DNA of 64,000 bases from Octopus sinensis (taxonomy: Eukaryota): the NCBI RefSeq assembly GCF_006345805.1, contig NC_043002.1, forward strand, positions 8,928,001 through 8,992,000, in the 5' to 3' direction. The notes under the pieces are model-generated. The model did not search any database, had not been told where the DNA came from, and saw only the letters and a list, made by a program, of their open reading frames with translations. The position numbers were made by a program, and so were the translations under genes. This document shows, piece after piece, positions 1 through 11,960 of this stretch. Position 1 is the first letter of the stretch, and each line of letters begins with the position of its first letter.

Positions 1-274
1 TGCGCGCATCCACGCTAGCTAGTCGTAAGTAGTCGATCCTACGACGACTACCTTGGAAAGTAAATAAAACACAAAATAAATAATTTTTTCTGCACAAAGT
101 AAATAATTTTTGTTAAACAAAGTAAATAAAACACAAAAACACAAAGTAAATAATTTTTTAAATAAAGTAAATAACACAAAAACACAAAGTAAGGATCGAC
201 TAGTCATGACTAGCTGGCGCGGATGCGCGAGTACGCGAGGGCGCGCACCGGGACCGCTGTTCTCAAGTAGTGCC
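1..274. mobile_element. Merlin-type MITE (left end cut by window edge)
   Basis: Fold-back arms TGCGCGCATCC...GGATGCGCG. Right terminus CGCGCACCGGGACCGCTGTTCTCAAGTAGTGCC matches the TIR of the complete copy at 6804-6993, whose interior is in the opposite orientation. Confidence 0.75.
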
Positions 275-1038
275 TTTGAACGTATTTTATACTTCTTGCT
301 ATTAAGTTTGTGGTACGGAATACATTTAAATTCTTATCACTTTTGGATCGCATCTCGTCATTCTGTTGACAGAGAAGTCAGCTGTGGTTAGACAAGATAT
401 GGCGTTGAATATACAAATGTGAGAAAGTATTTCCTTTTTCTTAATATATCCATCATATATAGTGTTTTACTTTCCTTAGCAGCTGTATTGCTGATGGCAA
501 AATATTATTGCTCGTCATAAATCGAGCCATAACCACAATAAACTATTGAACAAACATCTTTAGTATAAACACCATTTAGCAACCCAAGGCAATTTAACCG
601 AGAAAAAGTCAATGCTAGGGAATAAAGTATTCAGGTTAAAAGATTTAGTTAGAAAAACTGGATCTGATTAAATTTCTTCTAACCATTTGAAGTATTTTAG
701 GTTTTCACCTTTTATCTATTTTTATTTTTTTCAAATTTTCTATACTGTTGTAGTTATGTATGCTGATGAGACAAAATTGGCTTTTTTTTGGTTGTTTTTT
801 TTTAGAAATTAATACATTACAACTATTTAAAGTTATGTAATTTCAGCCAATCAAAAACCGTCGTTGCCGTCATATCAGAAGTCGCAACTGTCGTTATGGC
901 AATCGTGTTTTTTTTTTCCAATGTTTACCCATATGCCGATGACATGAGAATGAAAACATTACAGAACTTCTTGTTTTTTAAAGAATTTAATGAAAAAAAA
1001 AAAATTTTTTTTTCTCAAATTACGCTATACCTGCCTTT

Positions 1039-1450
1039 GGACCTTTTCGCTTTGACCGGCAATTTTTTAAAATAATTTCTGGCGGTGTTATATGAAATTG
1101 TCACCCATAATTATGACCCTAGTATCGAGCTATTGCATTTCAATCTGTTTTAGGGTTAGGGGTGGGGGGAAGGGTATCTTTTTTTTCTTCAGAAATGTAA
1201 GTAAACCCAATCTGTTTCTTAAACGAGGGACATATTCATACGGCACAGAATGTTTTCACCTCAATAGACGTCATTGATTGGTTGACATTGCAGAAATTGA
1301 AGAAAATATCTTACAAACTACAGAATTTTCTCAATAAAGCCAAGAGAAAAAGATGTTTTATAAACACATTCTACCAGTATACGAAGTTTAAAAGTGTTTA
1401 ATTACGTGGAAATTATTTAAAAAAACTGCCGGTCAAACCGAAAAGATCCC
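1039..1450. mobile_element. MITE, GGGATC-TIR family (diverged copy)
   Basis: Ends GGACCTTTTCGCTTTGACCGGCA...TGCCGGTCAAACCGAAAAGATCCC; interior is the reverse complement of the 23181-23606 copy. Confidence 0.85.
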
Positions 1451-1451
1451 G

Positions 1452-1790
1452 TATTTTTCGTACCTACAGTGCTATATAAACGAGTCTGCTGTAGAACGAT
1501 GAGTACCAGAGCAAAGTTTATTCCCCTTTCGCAAGGAAAGACCAAGTATTTTCTACTTGTTGAGTGTGGGTCCCGTCTTGCAAGTTGACAAACTCAATAC
1601 TGTGGTTTACCATTCCATGCTGAAATTGGTAGCCTGATATCTCTGGAATGTGTGAGTATGCTTGCTACAGGTCACAGAATTGACTGTTGCACCCACCAAT
1701 ACAAAAACAAAATTAAATTCTTCAGAGAAAGGGTGTTCCTTTCTAACCTTGTGCCTTTTCCCACTGACACAGATTCTTGGCTTTTTCTTT
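1452..1790 (-). pseudogene. Merlin (IS1595/ISXO2-like) DDE transposase remnant, internally deleted
   Basis: Minus-strand translation gives SVGKGTRLERNTLSLKNLILFLYWW followed by CDL*QAY...HGMVNHSIEFVNLQDGTHTQQVENTW, matching the Merlin/IS1595 SD.W.AY and H.TVNH...G.HTQ.IE..W motifs; contains stops and frameshifts. Confidence 0.7.
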
Positions 1791-2737
1791 TATTTTCTAC
1801 AACAATATATGTTGCTATAACAATTTCATCTTCCAGCATGTTGGCAATAGAAGCTTCTTATTATTGTTGTTGTATTTAGGAATGGTCATTTTGTCAGTTT
1901 AGCCAATAAAAACACACACACTATATATTTGGTGTTAATTTGCTTCAGTGTTATTTATTTTTTACATTAATCTTAATCTTATTTCGTCACACTTCTGTGA
2001 CCTCATCAGTGGTACTTTGCTTTCTTTTTTCTTATCTGTGTATCTCTCCTTACATCAAGAATCTTGCAAAACAAATATATAAGCGTGACTTCTTATTAAT
2101 TTCTAGGAAAAAAAAAATGAATGCAGTTTTTGTTATCAGTGTACAAAGCTACATTTTTCCTGGTGAAGAATGTACCCATCAGCATAGGTTAGTCATTAGC
2201 GACTTAAGACTACAGGCTAGGATTCCAAGAAGAGGCCAGTCTGGAGAAGAAGTATCTGAAAACTTAGGGGGTCCTTTGAATAGTCAGAGACTTAGAGACA
2301 TCCTAACCGAAGCTTCTAATGAGAAAGAGGAGCAATTACCAACATGTAGCATAGAGGACAACTTGAAGTTTCTGCAAGACAACTTACTGAAAGCCATAGA
2401 CCAAATTTGTGGCTGGTGCAAAGTCCCAAGTAGACCTGGGGTGACGTGGTGGTGGAACAGTGTTGTTGACAGGGTCATTAGAGCAAAGAAACAAGACTAG
2501 AATGGTGGCAGTAGTAAAGAACTATATCAGGTAGCTAGAAGGGAGGCCAGGGGAGAAGCAGAAAGGAAAAAGTTTGCCTATGTTCTACAGCATGACCAGC
2601 AGCTTGAGGTGTTTCAGTTCACAAGACAGGGTGTTGAGGAAAATCATGATGTTGTAGAAGAATTTGCTTTTGCAGTTAGTGACTCTGCAAAGAAAGAAGT
2701 GCAACTATGAAAAGCTGCTAAATATAGAGAATGCATG

Positions 2738-2963
2738 AAAGGAGCGAGCTCGTTGCCAGAACCGCCTGACTGGCCCCCATGCCGGTGGCACGTAAAAAGA
2801 ACCCACTTCACTCTCGGAGTGGTTGGTGTTAGGAAGGGCATCCAGCTGTAGAAACTCTGCCAGATCAAGATTGGGGGCCTGGTGCAGCCATCTGGTTCGC
2901 CAACCCTCAGCCAAAATCGTCCAACCCATGCTAGCATGGAAAGTGGACATTAAACGATGATGA
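2738..2963 (+). mobile_element. 5'-truncated RTE 3'UTR copy with (GAT)n tail, nested in the older RTE
   Basis: GTGGCACGTAAAAAGAACCC...GGAAGGGCATCCAGCTGTAGAAAC...TAAACGATGATGATG, flanked by a short ATGAA(A)GG duplication. Confidence 0.8.
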
Positions 2964-3525
2964 TGAAGGTGAGTTTGCCTAATGTGGACCCTACAAAGGA
3001 ACCAGCTATCCAGATAGACAGTAGCTTGGTAGATAAAGCTATGAAAGATATGACGACGGAAAGCTCCTGGCCAAGTCAGCAGTGAAAGTGGATGCTCTGA
3101 GGGCACTGCTACTAGAATAAGTATGGATTGGGCAAAGTTCAGAGAACTTCTGCCTTTATTAGTAACAAGGACCTCTCCCTCAGAGTGAAAGGCAGATTGA
3201 ATGATACCTGTGTGTGAACAGCCATGCTACATGACAGTAAAACATGGTTGTAACTGCAGAGAACATGCGAAGGCTTGAAAAAAATGAAGCTAGTATGCTG
3301 CACTGGATGTGCAATATCAGAGTGCATGTACAACAAAGTGTAAATATCTTGAGAGAAAAATTGGATTTTAAGAGGCATTAGATGTGGTGCTCAAGAGAGA
3401 GGACTGTAGTGATGTGGTCATGTGATGTATATGGACAAGGACAGCTTTGTAAAGAAGTGCTGCTCTCTAACTGTAGAGGGAACCTATGGAAGAGGCAGAC
3501 CCAGGAAGACATGGAACAAGAAAAA

Positions 3526-3876
3526 AAAACGACGATGCCATGGTGATCTCATTCTCACTCACAACATCATAAGCAGAAAGTGTAACCTCTCGAAAGAGCT
3601 GTTCTTCACTCCTACTCCAGAGCGTGGGCTGCAAGGTCACTCCGAAAAGCTCTATCTACAACGATTTGATCTCAATTGAAGGAGGAGGGCTTTCTCCGTC
3701 TGGGTTGTGGATCCATGGAATAAGCTGCCGGACGAGATAGTGAAGATGCCGACGACCGCTCGGTTCAAAGTCTCTCTTGACCAGAAATGGCCTGAAATCT
3801 TTGTATGACCACCCTCCCTGTCTCCCTACATGGCCTTGCTTTTGCTTTTTGAGCCAATAAAAATTGAATTGAATAT
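3526..3876 (+). mobile_element. CR1-clade LINE 3' fragment
   Basis: RRRCHGDLILTHNII...GHSEKLY...WNKLPDEIVKMPTTARFK; close relative of the copy at 37597-38030. Confidence 0.85.
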
Positions 3877-4376
3877 GGTCTTCAGATGTTGAGTCGTATG
3901 GAGTTGATGACAAGTGACTGAGACTTTTGGCGATTTGCTGTGCTTGAGAAGACACATCAAGCTAAGTGAAACCATTGTTGTAGCCAGTGTGGTGATACAT
4001 AAAAGGCACCCATGATGGTGACATGTAAAAGAGACCCAATACACTGTGAAGTGGTTGGTATCCAAACATAGGAACCAAACCAAAACAGACTGAAGCCTGG
4101 TGCAGCTTTCTGGCTTACCAGCTCCAGTCGAAAACGGACCCTAAATGATGATTTTCTGATTAAAGAACAATGATAAAAATTAATGGTAAAAAGAATAATA
4201 GTAATAAGAATAAGGATTAAAAAATAAAATGTACATGCATATATTCATACATATTCAGAGACACATAAAAGCACCTACATACACATAATATACATATATT
4301 TTTTTTTAATAATATATTATTATTATTGATATAAAGAAATCAATATCAAATTCTTCATAAAGATATACCCATATAT

Positions 4377-4767
4377 AGGCGCAGGAGTGGCTGTGTGGTA
4401 AGTAGCTTGCTAACCGACCACATGGTTCCGGGTTCAGTCCCACTGCGTGGCATCTTGGGCAAGTGTCTTCTGCTATAGCCCCAGGCCGACCAATGCCTTG
4501 TGAGTGGATTTGGTAGACGGAAACTGAAGGAAGCCAGTCGTATATATGTATATATATATGTATGTGTGTGTTTGTCCCCCTAGCATTGCTTGACAACCGA
4601 TGCTGGTGTATTTATGTCCCCGTTACTTAGTGGTTCGGCAAAAGAGACCGATAGAATAAGTACTGGGCTTACAAAGAATAAGTCCCAGGGTCGATTTGCT
4701 CGACTAAAGGCGGTGCTCCAGCATGGCCGCAGTCAAATGACTGAAACAAGTAAAAGAGTAAAGAGTA
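4377..4767 (+). mobile_element. tRNA-derived CORE-type SINE (family B)
   Basis: A box TGGCTGTGTGG, B box GGTTCAGTCCC, CORE-like ATCTTGGGCAAGTGTCTT, internal (TA)n/(TG)n tract, (AAAGAGT)n tail; six copies in the window. Confidence 0.9.
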
Positions 4768-5012
4768 TATGAAAGACCTTATGTATTCAAAATATATATA
4801 TAAATATAATGTATAAAATAAATTCAAAAGTTTAAGTCATTTGTTTTCTGGAGTAATGTTAATAGATATGTGTCCTTGGAAGAAATTGGTATATCTTTAA
4901 GTGAAATTCCTAGATATTGTTTTTCCATGCTTCACAAATTTAGTATTGAGTGCTCTTTATATAGAGAGAGCAAAGTACAGAAATCTTTAGGTAAATATAT
5001 TCAATAAGAATA

Positions 5013-5411
5013 TTCTCTTTACTCTTGTTTCAGTCATTTGACTGCGGCCATGCTGGAGCAGCGCCTTTAATCAAGCAACTCGACCCTGGGACTTATTCTT
5101 TGTAAGCCCAGTACATGTTCTATCGGTCTCTTTTGCCGAACCGCTAAGTGACGGGGACGTAAACACACCAGCATCAGTTGTCAAGCAATGCTAGGGGGAC
5201 AAACAGAGACACACAAACATATACACACACACACATACATATACATATATACGACAGGCTTCTTTCAGTTTCTGTCTACCAAATCCACTCACAAGGCATT
5301 GGTCGGTCCGAGGCTATAGTAGAAGACACTTGCCAAAAGTACCACGCAGTGGGACTGAACCCGGAACCATGTGGCTGGTAAGCAAGCTACTTACCACACA
5401 GCCACTCCTGC
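5013..5411 (-). mobile_element. SINE family B
   Basis: Full-length reverse-complement copy of 4377-4767. Confidence 0.9.
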
Positions 5412-6504
5412 ACAATATTATATACTGAATTTATATTAAGTGCTCCATTGTATAAAAATATTAATACTATTAAAGTATTTATATATTTAATACGAGCGAT
5501 ATATACATATATTTTTTAATAATACATTGCATCATTAACCAGCCATATCTGGCAGCGGAAGGACAACGGGATTCTACTCTCAATGAAGGATCTTAGAACA
5601 TCCAGACACCCCTACATAAACGGATCAGGCATGGTAAACTGTGCATAGTGGAACAGGCAAGGATACTAAAGGACCCCTTGACACAGGGAACATCCTTAAC
5701 TCCAGAACGAAGGTCTTTAGACCGTGCTTGCATTTCAGGAAATTCCTGCTGGCCTATTGGAACCCCACAAGATAACAGTCACTCACGATCAATAGCCAAA
5801 GGGAGACAATCCCCCTAGTGTTGATATCGAGTAGCGAGGTTCTTTCCCCTTCCATTTTCTAGAGAGGCCAGAGCCAACAGTTTTGGGATCTGGTGATGAT
5901 ACTCTGTAAAGCTAAACGTTTTATGGACGTGAAACCCAGGGTCTTCCCATAAACCGGCTTCATCTAACTTTATATATATAACACATATGTATTTAAATTT
6001 ACACACCCAGACCACCTATTTACCTATCTATCAATCCAATCTTTCATTTCTTTTTCGCCATTCAAATTCTTCCTGAAACGTTTGATTTTCCACTCTTCAC
6101 ACATTGTTCTCTGGACTCTTTTCATTGATTTACTCCATAATATATTTCTTACCATCACTGGCTTCTTTGGAGTCCGTTTGATCACGTATACATACTGTAC
6201 ATAAGTAAATGTGTTCGTGTGTAGATAGACAGATGGGTAGGTAGATAGACCGACAGATAGATAGAGATAGATAGTTAGACCGACAGATAAAGAGAAAGAT
6301 CTACGTATATATTTAAAAAAATTAAAAAAAGAAGTATATTATGGTCTTACGGTAACTGATGCGCAATGACCCACCTCCTCCGCCCCGACTCCTGCCTAGC
6401 AAAAAGTCTCCATAACCGGAGTACAATTTGTACGCATGCATGAATGCAACGTGGGTTTTATTCGAACATGTGTGATATAAGTCATTCAAAATTTGGATCG
6501 TTTC

Positions 6505-6617
6505 CCAAAAGGAAAAGATCCAAAAAAATGTTTTATTTTGACACATTCTACCAGTATACGAAGTTTAAAAGTGTTTAGTTAACTAGAAATTGTCTGCCGT
6601 TCAAAAGGAAAAGATCC
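6505..6617. mobile_element. Fragment of GGGATC-TIR MITE family
   Basis: ACACATTCTACCAGTATACGAAGTTT...AAAAGATCCC shared with 1039-1450 and 23181-23606. Confidence 0.65.
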
Positions 6618-6803
6618 CCAAATTTTTCATTGCCTTTATCTTACATATTCATTATCCTTAATACTGTGTTTTTCTTCCTGCTTATCTAATATGAAGAATC
6701 ACAGCAACTGCAACCTACACTATAGTATACACCGATACCACCACCATATAACTATACGTCGAAACACTCAACAGTTCGAGAGTTGCCTACACCAACAGCT
6801 GGC

Positions 6804-6993
6804 GGTACAACTTGTGAACAGTGGGCCCGGTGCGCGTAGTCGCGCATCCGCGCCAGCTAGTCATGACTAGTTTATTTACTTTGGATAAAAAAATTATTTA
6901 TTTTGTGTTTTATTTACTTTGCTAGGAAGTCGTTTTAGGATCGGCTAGCTAGCGCGGATGCGCGCACCGGGACCACAGTTCTCAAGTAGTACC
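6804..6993. mobile_element. Complete 190-bp Merlin-type MITE with 8-bp TSD
   Basis: TIRs GGTACAACTTGTGAACAGTGG / CCACAGTTCTCAAGTAGTACC; exact 8-bp duplication CAGCTGGC at 6796-6803 and 6994-7001; terminus fits Merlin GGNRM. Confidence 0.85.
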
Positions 6994-7394
6994 CAGCTGG
7001 CAACCTGCTGTTAATCCATCACATCATACAACAGTTGCATGTTTGTTGACAGCAGTGGTTCCCGAATTATTTTTCTCTGGGGCCGAATTTTCGGAAGGAA
7101 AATTTGCTCGCGCTTCCCGCCAAACGTTTAAAGGGAGATTACCGAGGAATCTTAGTCAATCTTGTCTCTCCTCGAATTCGAGGACCACAGGAAGAATGGG
7201 CGGAGGTAAAGATCATGGATCGCACCCACTTCGGGATTTTTTTTTTTTTTTTTTTTTTGCAGGGATACACTATATCGAGGGCGGAGATTTCGAATCTGCA
7301 AAAAAAAAAAAAAATCTGCATTTCAAAATTTCACGCATGTATAGAATTATAAAATAGCAGACGCAAAAAGTATCTTAACAGAAAAACCTGACAT

Positions 7395-7563
7395 TCTGAA
7401 AAGAAAAGAAAAACAAAAAATATCTTACAAACTATAGGATTTTCTCAATAAAGCCAAGAGAAAAAGATGTATTATAAACACATTCTACCAGTATACGAAG
7501 TTTAAAAGTATTTAGTTACGTGGAAATTATTTTTAAAAACTGTCGTTCAAACCGAAAAGATCC
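7395..7563. mobile_element. Right half of GGGATC-TIR MITE
   Basis: Close match to 1300-1450, ending TCAAACCGAAAAGATCC. Confidence 0.8.
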
Positions 7564-8044
7564 AAAAATTTTAATACGCATTACCAAAGAAAAAATTTCA
7601 ATACTTAGATACCTCCCCCAATTTCTTCACTTATTTTAGAAATACTTTTTTGACGAAATACATAGAAAAATACGGAGATTATGTCTAAAAAATTGTTGCT
7701 AAAATATCAATTTTCAAAAGAAAAATAAACACCCCTGCCCTCCACCCTATGACAGAAAGTGAAATTTCCCCACACCCTTTTTTTCTTTGCCAGATGGGCA
7801 AAGAATGAAAACGTGTTTTGGGGGTTTTCAAAATCTTCAATTTTTCAGTATGCCCCAACCGGAAATCTGACAAGCTAGAAACAACAGCCAAACCGAGGAA
7901 CAACTTTCTAAATACGAATTACCAAAGGAGAAAAAAAAATTTTTTTAATGTCATTTTGTTGTGTGTGTATATGCAAAAAATCTAATTTTTACATAACTTT
8001 CTTAATTCCAGAAGACTCTCAACCGCAACATGCCATGAAACATA

Positions 8045-8253
8045 TACTCTTTTACTTGTTTCAGTCATTTGACTGCGGCCATGCTGGAGCACCGCCTTTA
8101 GTCGAGCAAATCAACCCCGGGACTTATTCTTTGTAAGCCCAGTACTTATTCTATCGGTCTCTTTTGCCGAACCGCTAAGTGACGGGGACGTAAATACACC
8201 AGCATCGGTTGTCAAGCAATGCTAGGGGGACAAACACAGACACACAAACACAT

Positions 8254-8304
<51 letters not shown>

Positions 8305-8470
8305 TACGACAGGCTTCTTTCAGTTTCCGTCTACCAAATCCACTCACAAGGCATTGGTCGGCCTGGGGCTATAGCAGAAGACACTTGCCCAAGATGCCAC
8401 GCAGTGGGACTGAACCCGGAACTACGTGGTTGGTTAGCAATCTACTTACCACACAGCCACTCCTGCGCCT
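8045..8470 (-). mobile_element. SINE family B
   Basis: Full-length copy with expanded internal (TA)n. Confidence 0.9.
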
Positions 8471-9210
8471 ACATATTTATGAAAGTATGACAATTTTATA
8501 AAACATTAGTTTGTAAATCTAAATGATAATGCCAAGATGGCTATATTGGTTATCTTTTCTAAATAGTCTTGTTTGAAAGAGGACTCTGAGCAGAATTCTT
8601 ATTTTTAACAAAATAGAGAAACGTTGCTTCACATGAAACATTCGTAGACAAAAAAACGGTTAATGTTTTCATCTTGACCCAGAAATGGAAATCCCCAAAC
8701 CCCCAAAATACTGGAATGGATGTAAAACAATGTGTAGGAAACGAATATGAGAAAAAAATGCGCGCAAAGCAACGGTTGGGTGGGGAGAGGACTTCGGAAA
8801 ATTCACAAGATCCAAGCTTTTCCTTAATAACTTTTAGGAAAATGGGTGGTTTTTTTTCAATGAAATTTTAGAGAAATACTTTTCAAACGGCATACATTAC
8901 GATTATAATGAAATTTGTGGGAAAATCTTTTCCAAGGGGGTAGGGAGAGGACTTCGGAAAATTTTTACCTCCACCCATTCTTCCATGTCATCAGGAACAT
9001 GGGTATAGTCTTGCAGCCTCCAAAAGAAACTTATGAAGTCGCTGGGTTGACAGTGAGATGGCCCCTATGAAAAGTAACTGAGCAACATATTGTTTCAAAT
9101 AACTCGGTCTCATTCCAGGTCGAACTATACACTTCTTCAGGCTTCCCCATAAACACTCAGTATTTTGAGTGTAAATAGAAAGATATTTATATAAAATTTC
9201 AGTAAAAGAT

Positions 9211-9618
9211 ATCAATTTTGCCCAGGATATTAATTGTCTGGAAGCCGTTCAGCGACGTGCAACCAAGAGAATACCCTCCATCAGGCATTTGCCATATTCT
9301 GAACGCCTTACTTCCCTGGACATGGACACATTGAAACTCCGACGTCTGGCAGCTGACTTGACAGACACCCATAAAATTATTAACCATCTTACAAACAATA
9401 ACTCTGAGCACCTTTTCAAACTCCACCTGTCTAACACCCGTTGACATGTTTACAAAGTCAGAAAACAGCACAGCTTCTCCCATGACTTTCGGAAACATTT
9501 TTTCAAGCTAAGACTTGCTGAAGCATGGAACAAACTGCCGGCATCAGTTGTTAGTTGTCGAAGCACTGCATCCTTCAAAACTTCCATGCTTCCTGAGATT
9601 CGCCAACACTACACCTGA
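9211..9618 (+). mobile_element. CR1-clade LINE RT C-terminal fragment
   Basis: DINCLEAVQRRATKRIPSIRHLPYSERL...LRRLAADL...AWNKLPASVV. Confidence 0.85.
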
Positions 9619-9656
9619 TCCCCCCCTCCAAACATACGCAAGCATGTATCTGACTC

Positions 9657-10078
9657 ATAAGGACGAATGCTGCCATTGATTAGCTCAAAGAGCCCATCGC
9701 CTCTAGCTAGCTATGTGACACACGAACCTTCGAACAGGGGAGGTCAGGCGCTTCCCCTTGCTGGTCAGGTATCTGCAGACAAGTTTCAGGGTATTTGCCC
9801 TTTATCAATGCAGAGCAGCCGAACCCAGTGGATGTATTCCACTGAATTTAGGTAAATAATCCTTCGAACAGACAGTCAGTAGCGATGGCTGCTGGGGTCG
9901 GCTGCACTGCATTGAATAAGGGCAAATACCCTGAAACTAGTCTGCAGATGCCTGATCAGCAAGGGGAAGCGGCTGACCTCCCCTGTTCGAAGGTTATAAT
10001 GGATACAGGTTCGTGTGTCACATAGCTAGCTAGAGGCGATGGCCCCTTGGAGCTAATCAACGGCAGCTTAAGTCTTAT
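9657..10078. repeat. Long inverted repeat / fold-back element (arms ~172 and ~187 bp, 63-bp spacer)
   Basis: 9657-9828 is the reverse complement of 9892-10078 with few mismatches and one ~15-bp indel. Confidence 0.9.
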
Positions 10079-11187
10079 ATTTATGGACTGCCATATTAGC
10101 TTGGCGATAACTATTAATATCCAGTACCGCTGCCGTAGTCTCCTTTAGAGAGACTTAGAAATAATAATATTTCTATTTTTGAAAACCAGTGGATGTATTC
10201 CACTAAATTTAGGTAAATAATCCTTCGAAGAGACGGAGTTTAAAGTCTTAAGAATAATCGTAGAAATATAATTATTAAATAATATTAAATCTATATAATT
10301 ACATAAACATATAAAAAATGAGATTTTTATGAATCCTAAAATATCTGAATTGTGGGTATAAAGAAAAAACTTACAACTGGAATATCGGGCAAGATAGATG
10401 ATCGATCGTGAGACAGGTAGGCAGAATGAAAAAACGGAGGAACAAATAGACTATTCCCATATTACATTTACTTCCGGTTCCCCTGACTGTATTATGGGTG
10501 GTTTTATTGCGTACCATTAATACACAGCAGGTATAAAAAGTAATGAATACGTTCTATGAGCCTTCTAATATAACTTAGATTCAACTCAAATAACATCGGA
10601 ATTTTTATGAATAGATTGAACGGTTTTGGCAAGATGGAGACATATTTTAGTTTTGATGGGAGGAAACTGAAAAACATAAATTAACACCCGATTTGTTCAT
10701 AATTTTTACTTTTTACATTCTATTTTTATTTTTTTTATATTATTTTATTAATTTTTTCATTCGTATTTTTAGTCGTAATTTTTATCCGGATTTATTCACA
10801 TTTTTTCATTCGTATTCTTTAGTCGTATTTCATATCCGTTTTTACTCCTTAAATTTTTAAGGTTCATGAACTTATTTATTTACTTATTTATACTTGTAAT
10901 AAACTTTGACAAACATAGTGATATATAAGGAGTAGTTATATTTATAAACGTGGGGAAAGTAGACCTGAGGATTGGGAGTGTGTAAACATAATGAGTTTTT
11001 GAATGAGACTTTGTGTCTTAACAATACCATACGTACCCTCATGAAACAGGTGTAGTCCGTAATATGGAAAATTTGTGGATTATGAATATAAATTAGTAAG
11101 TATATTATTTGACATTTTATGACTTGGTTGAGTTAATACCGTTTGGAGTTGATGAAGTTGTGGGTGTTTCTATCTCTAACACTATTT

Positions 11188-11586
<399 letters not shown>

Positions 11587-11787
11587 GCACGGATTTTTGT
11601 CAGTGAACAGGTCGCGGATTTTAGCGACGAAAATATTTTGACAAATTAAACTTAAATGTTGAAGTGAATCGAACGGATTTTTTGTGTTTCTTAAATGGCT
11701 TACAAACACCTTCCACGCTGCAATTGTTTTCGTTTCAGCACACGATCTCAGATCAAATCACTTGCTATGCGAGTACATCTCCGTAAT

Positions 11788-11821
<34 letters not shown>

Positions 11822-11960
11822 AGTAGTTGAATGAATTACCTTAGTATGGATAATTCGGTTAACCGATACCTGGGTAGCAAATTCACGTCAGAAAAACACG
11901 TTTGAAGCTACATGCCAAGGGCAGAGATCACGTGCTTTCGTGTGGAAATTTGTGTGTTTT

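Larger units (their letters stand above)
2135..4130 (+). mobile_element. Degraded RTE-clade LINE (end of endonuclease, RT, 3'UTR) with nested insertions
   Basis: FPGEECTHQHRLVISD; CKVPSRPGVTWWWN; RT C-terminus GRGRPRKTW...DLQML; then the RTE 3'UTR motif. Many stops and frameshifts. Confidence 0.85.

Noticed and set aside
7049-8990. hAT-like CAGTGGTTCCC end and patchy inverted similarity between 7185-7900 and 8620-8990
   Set aside because: No matching second terminus or TSD; similarity too fragmentary to define an element.
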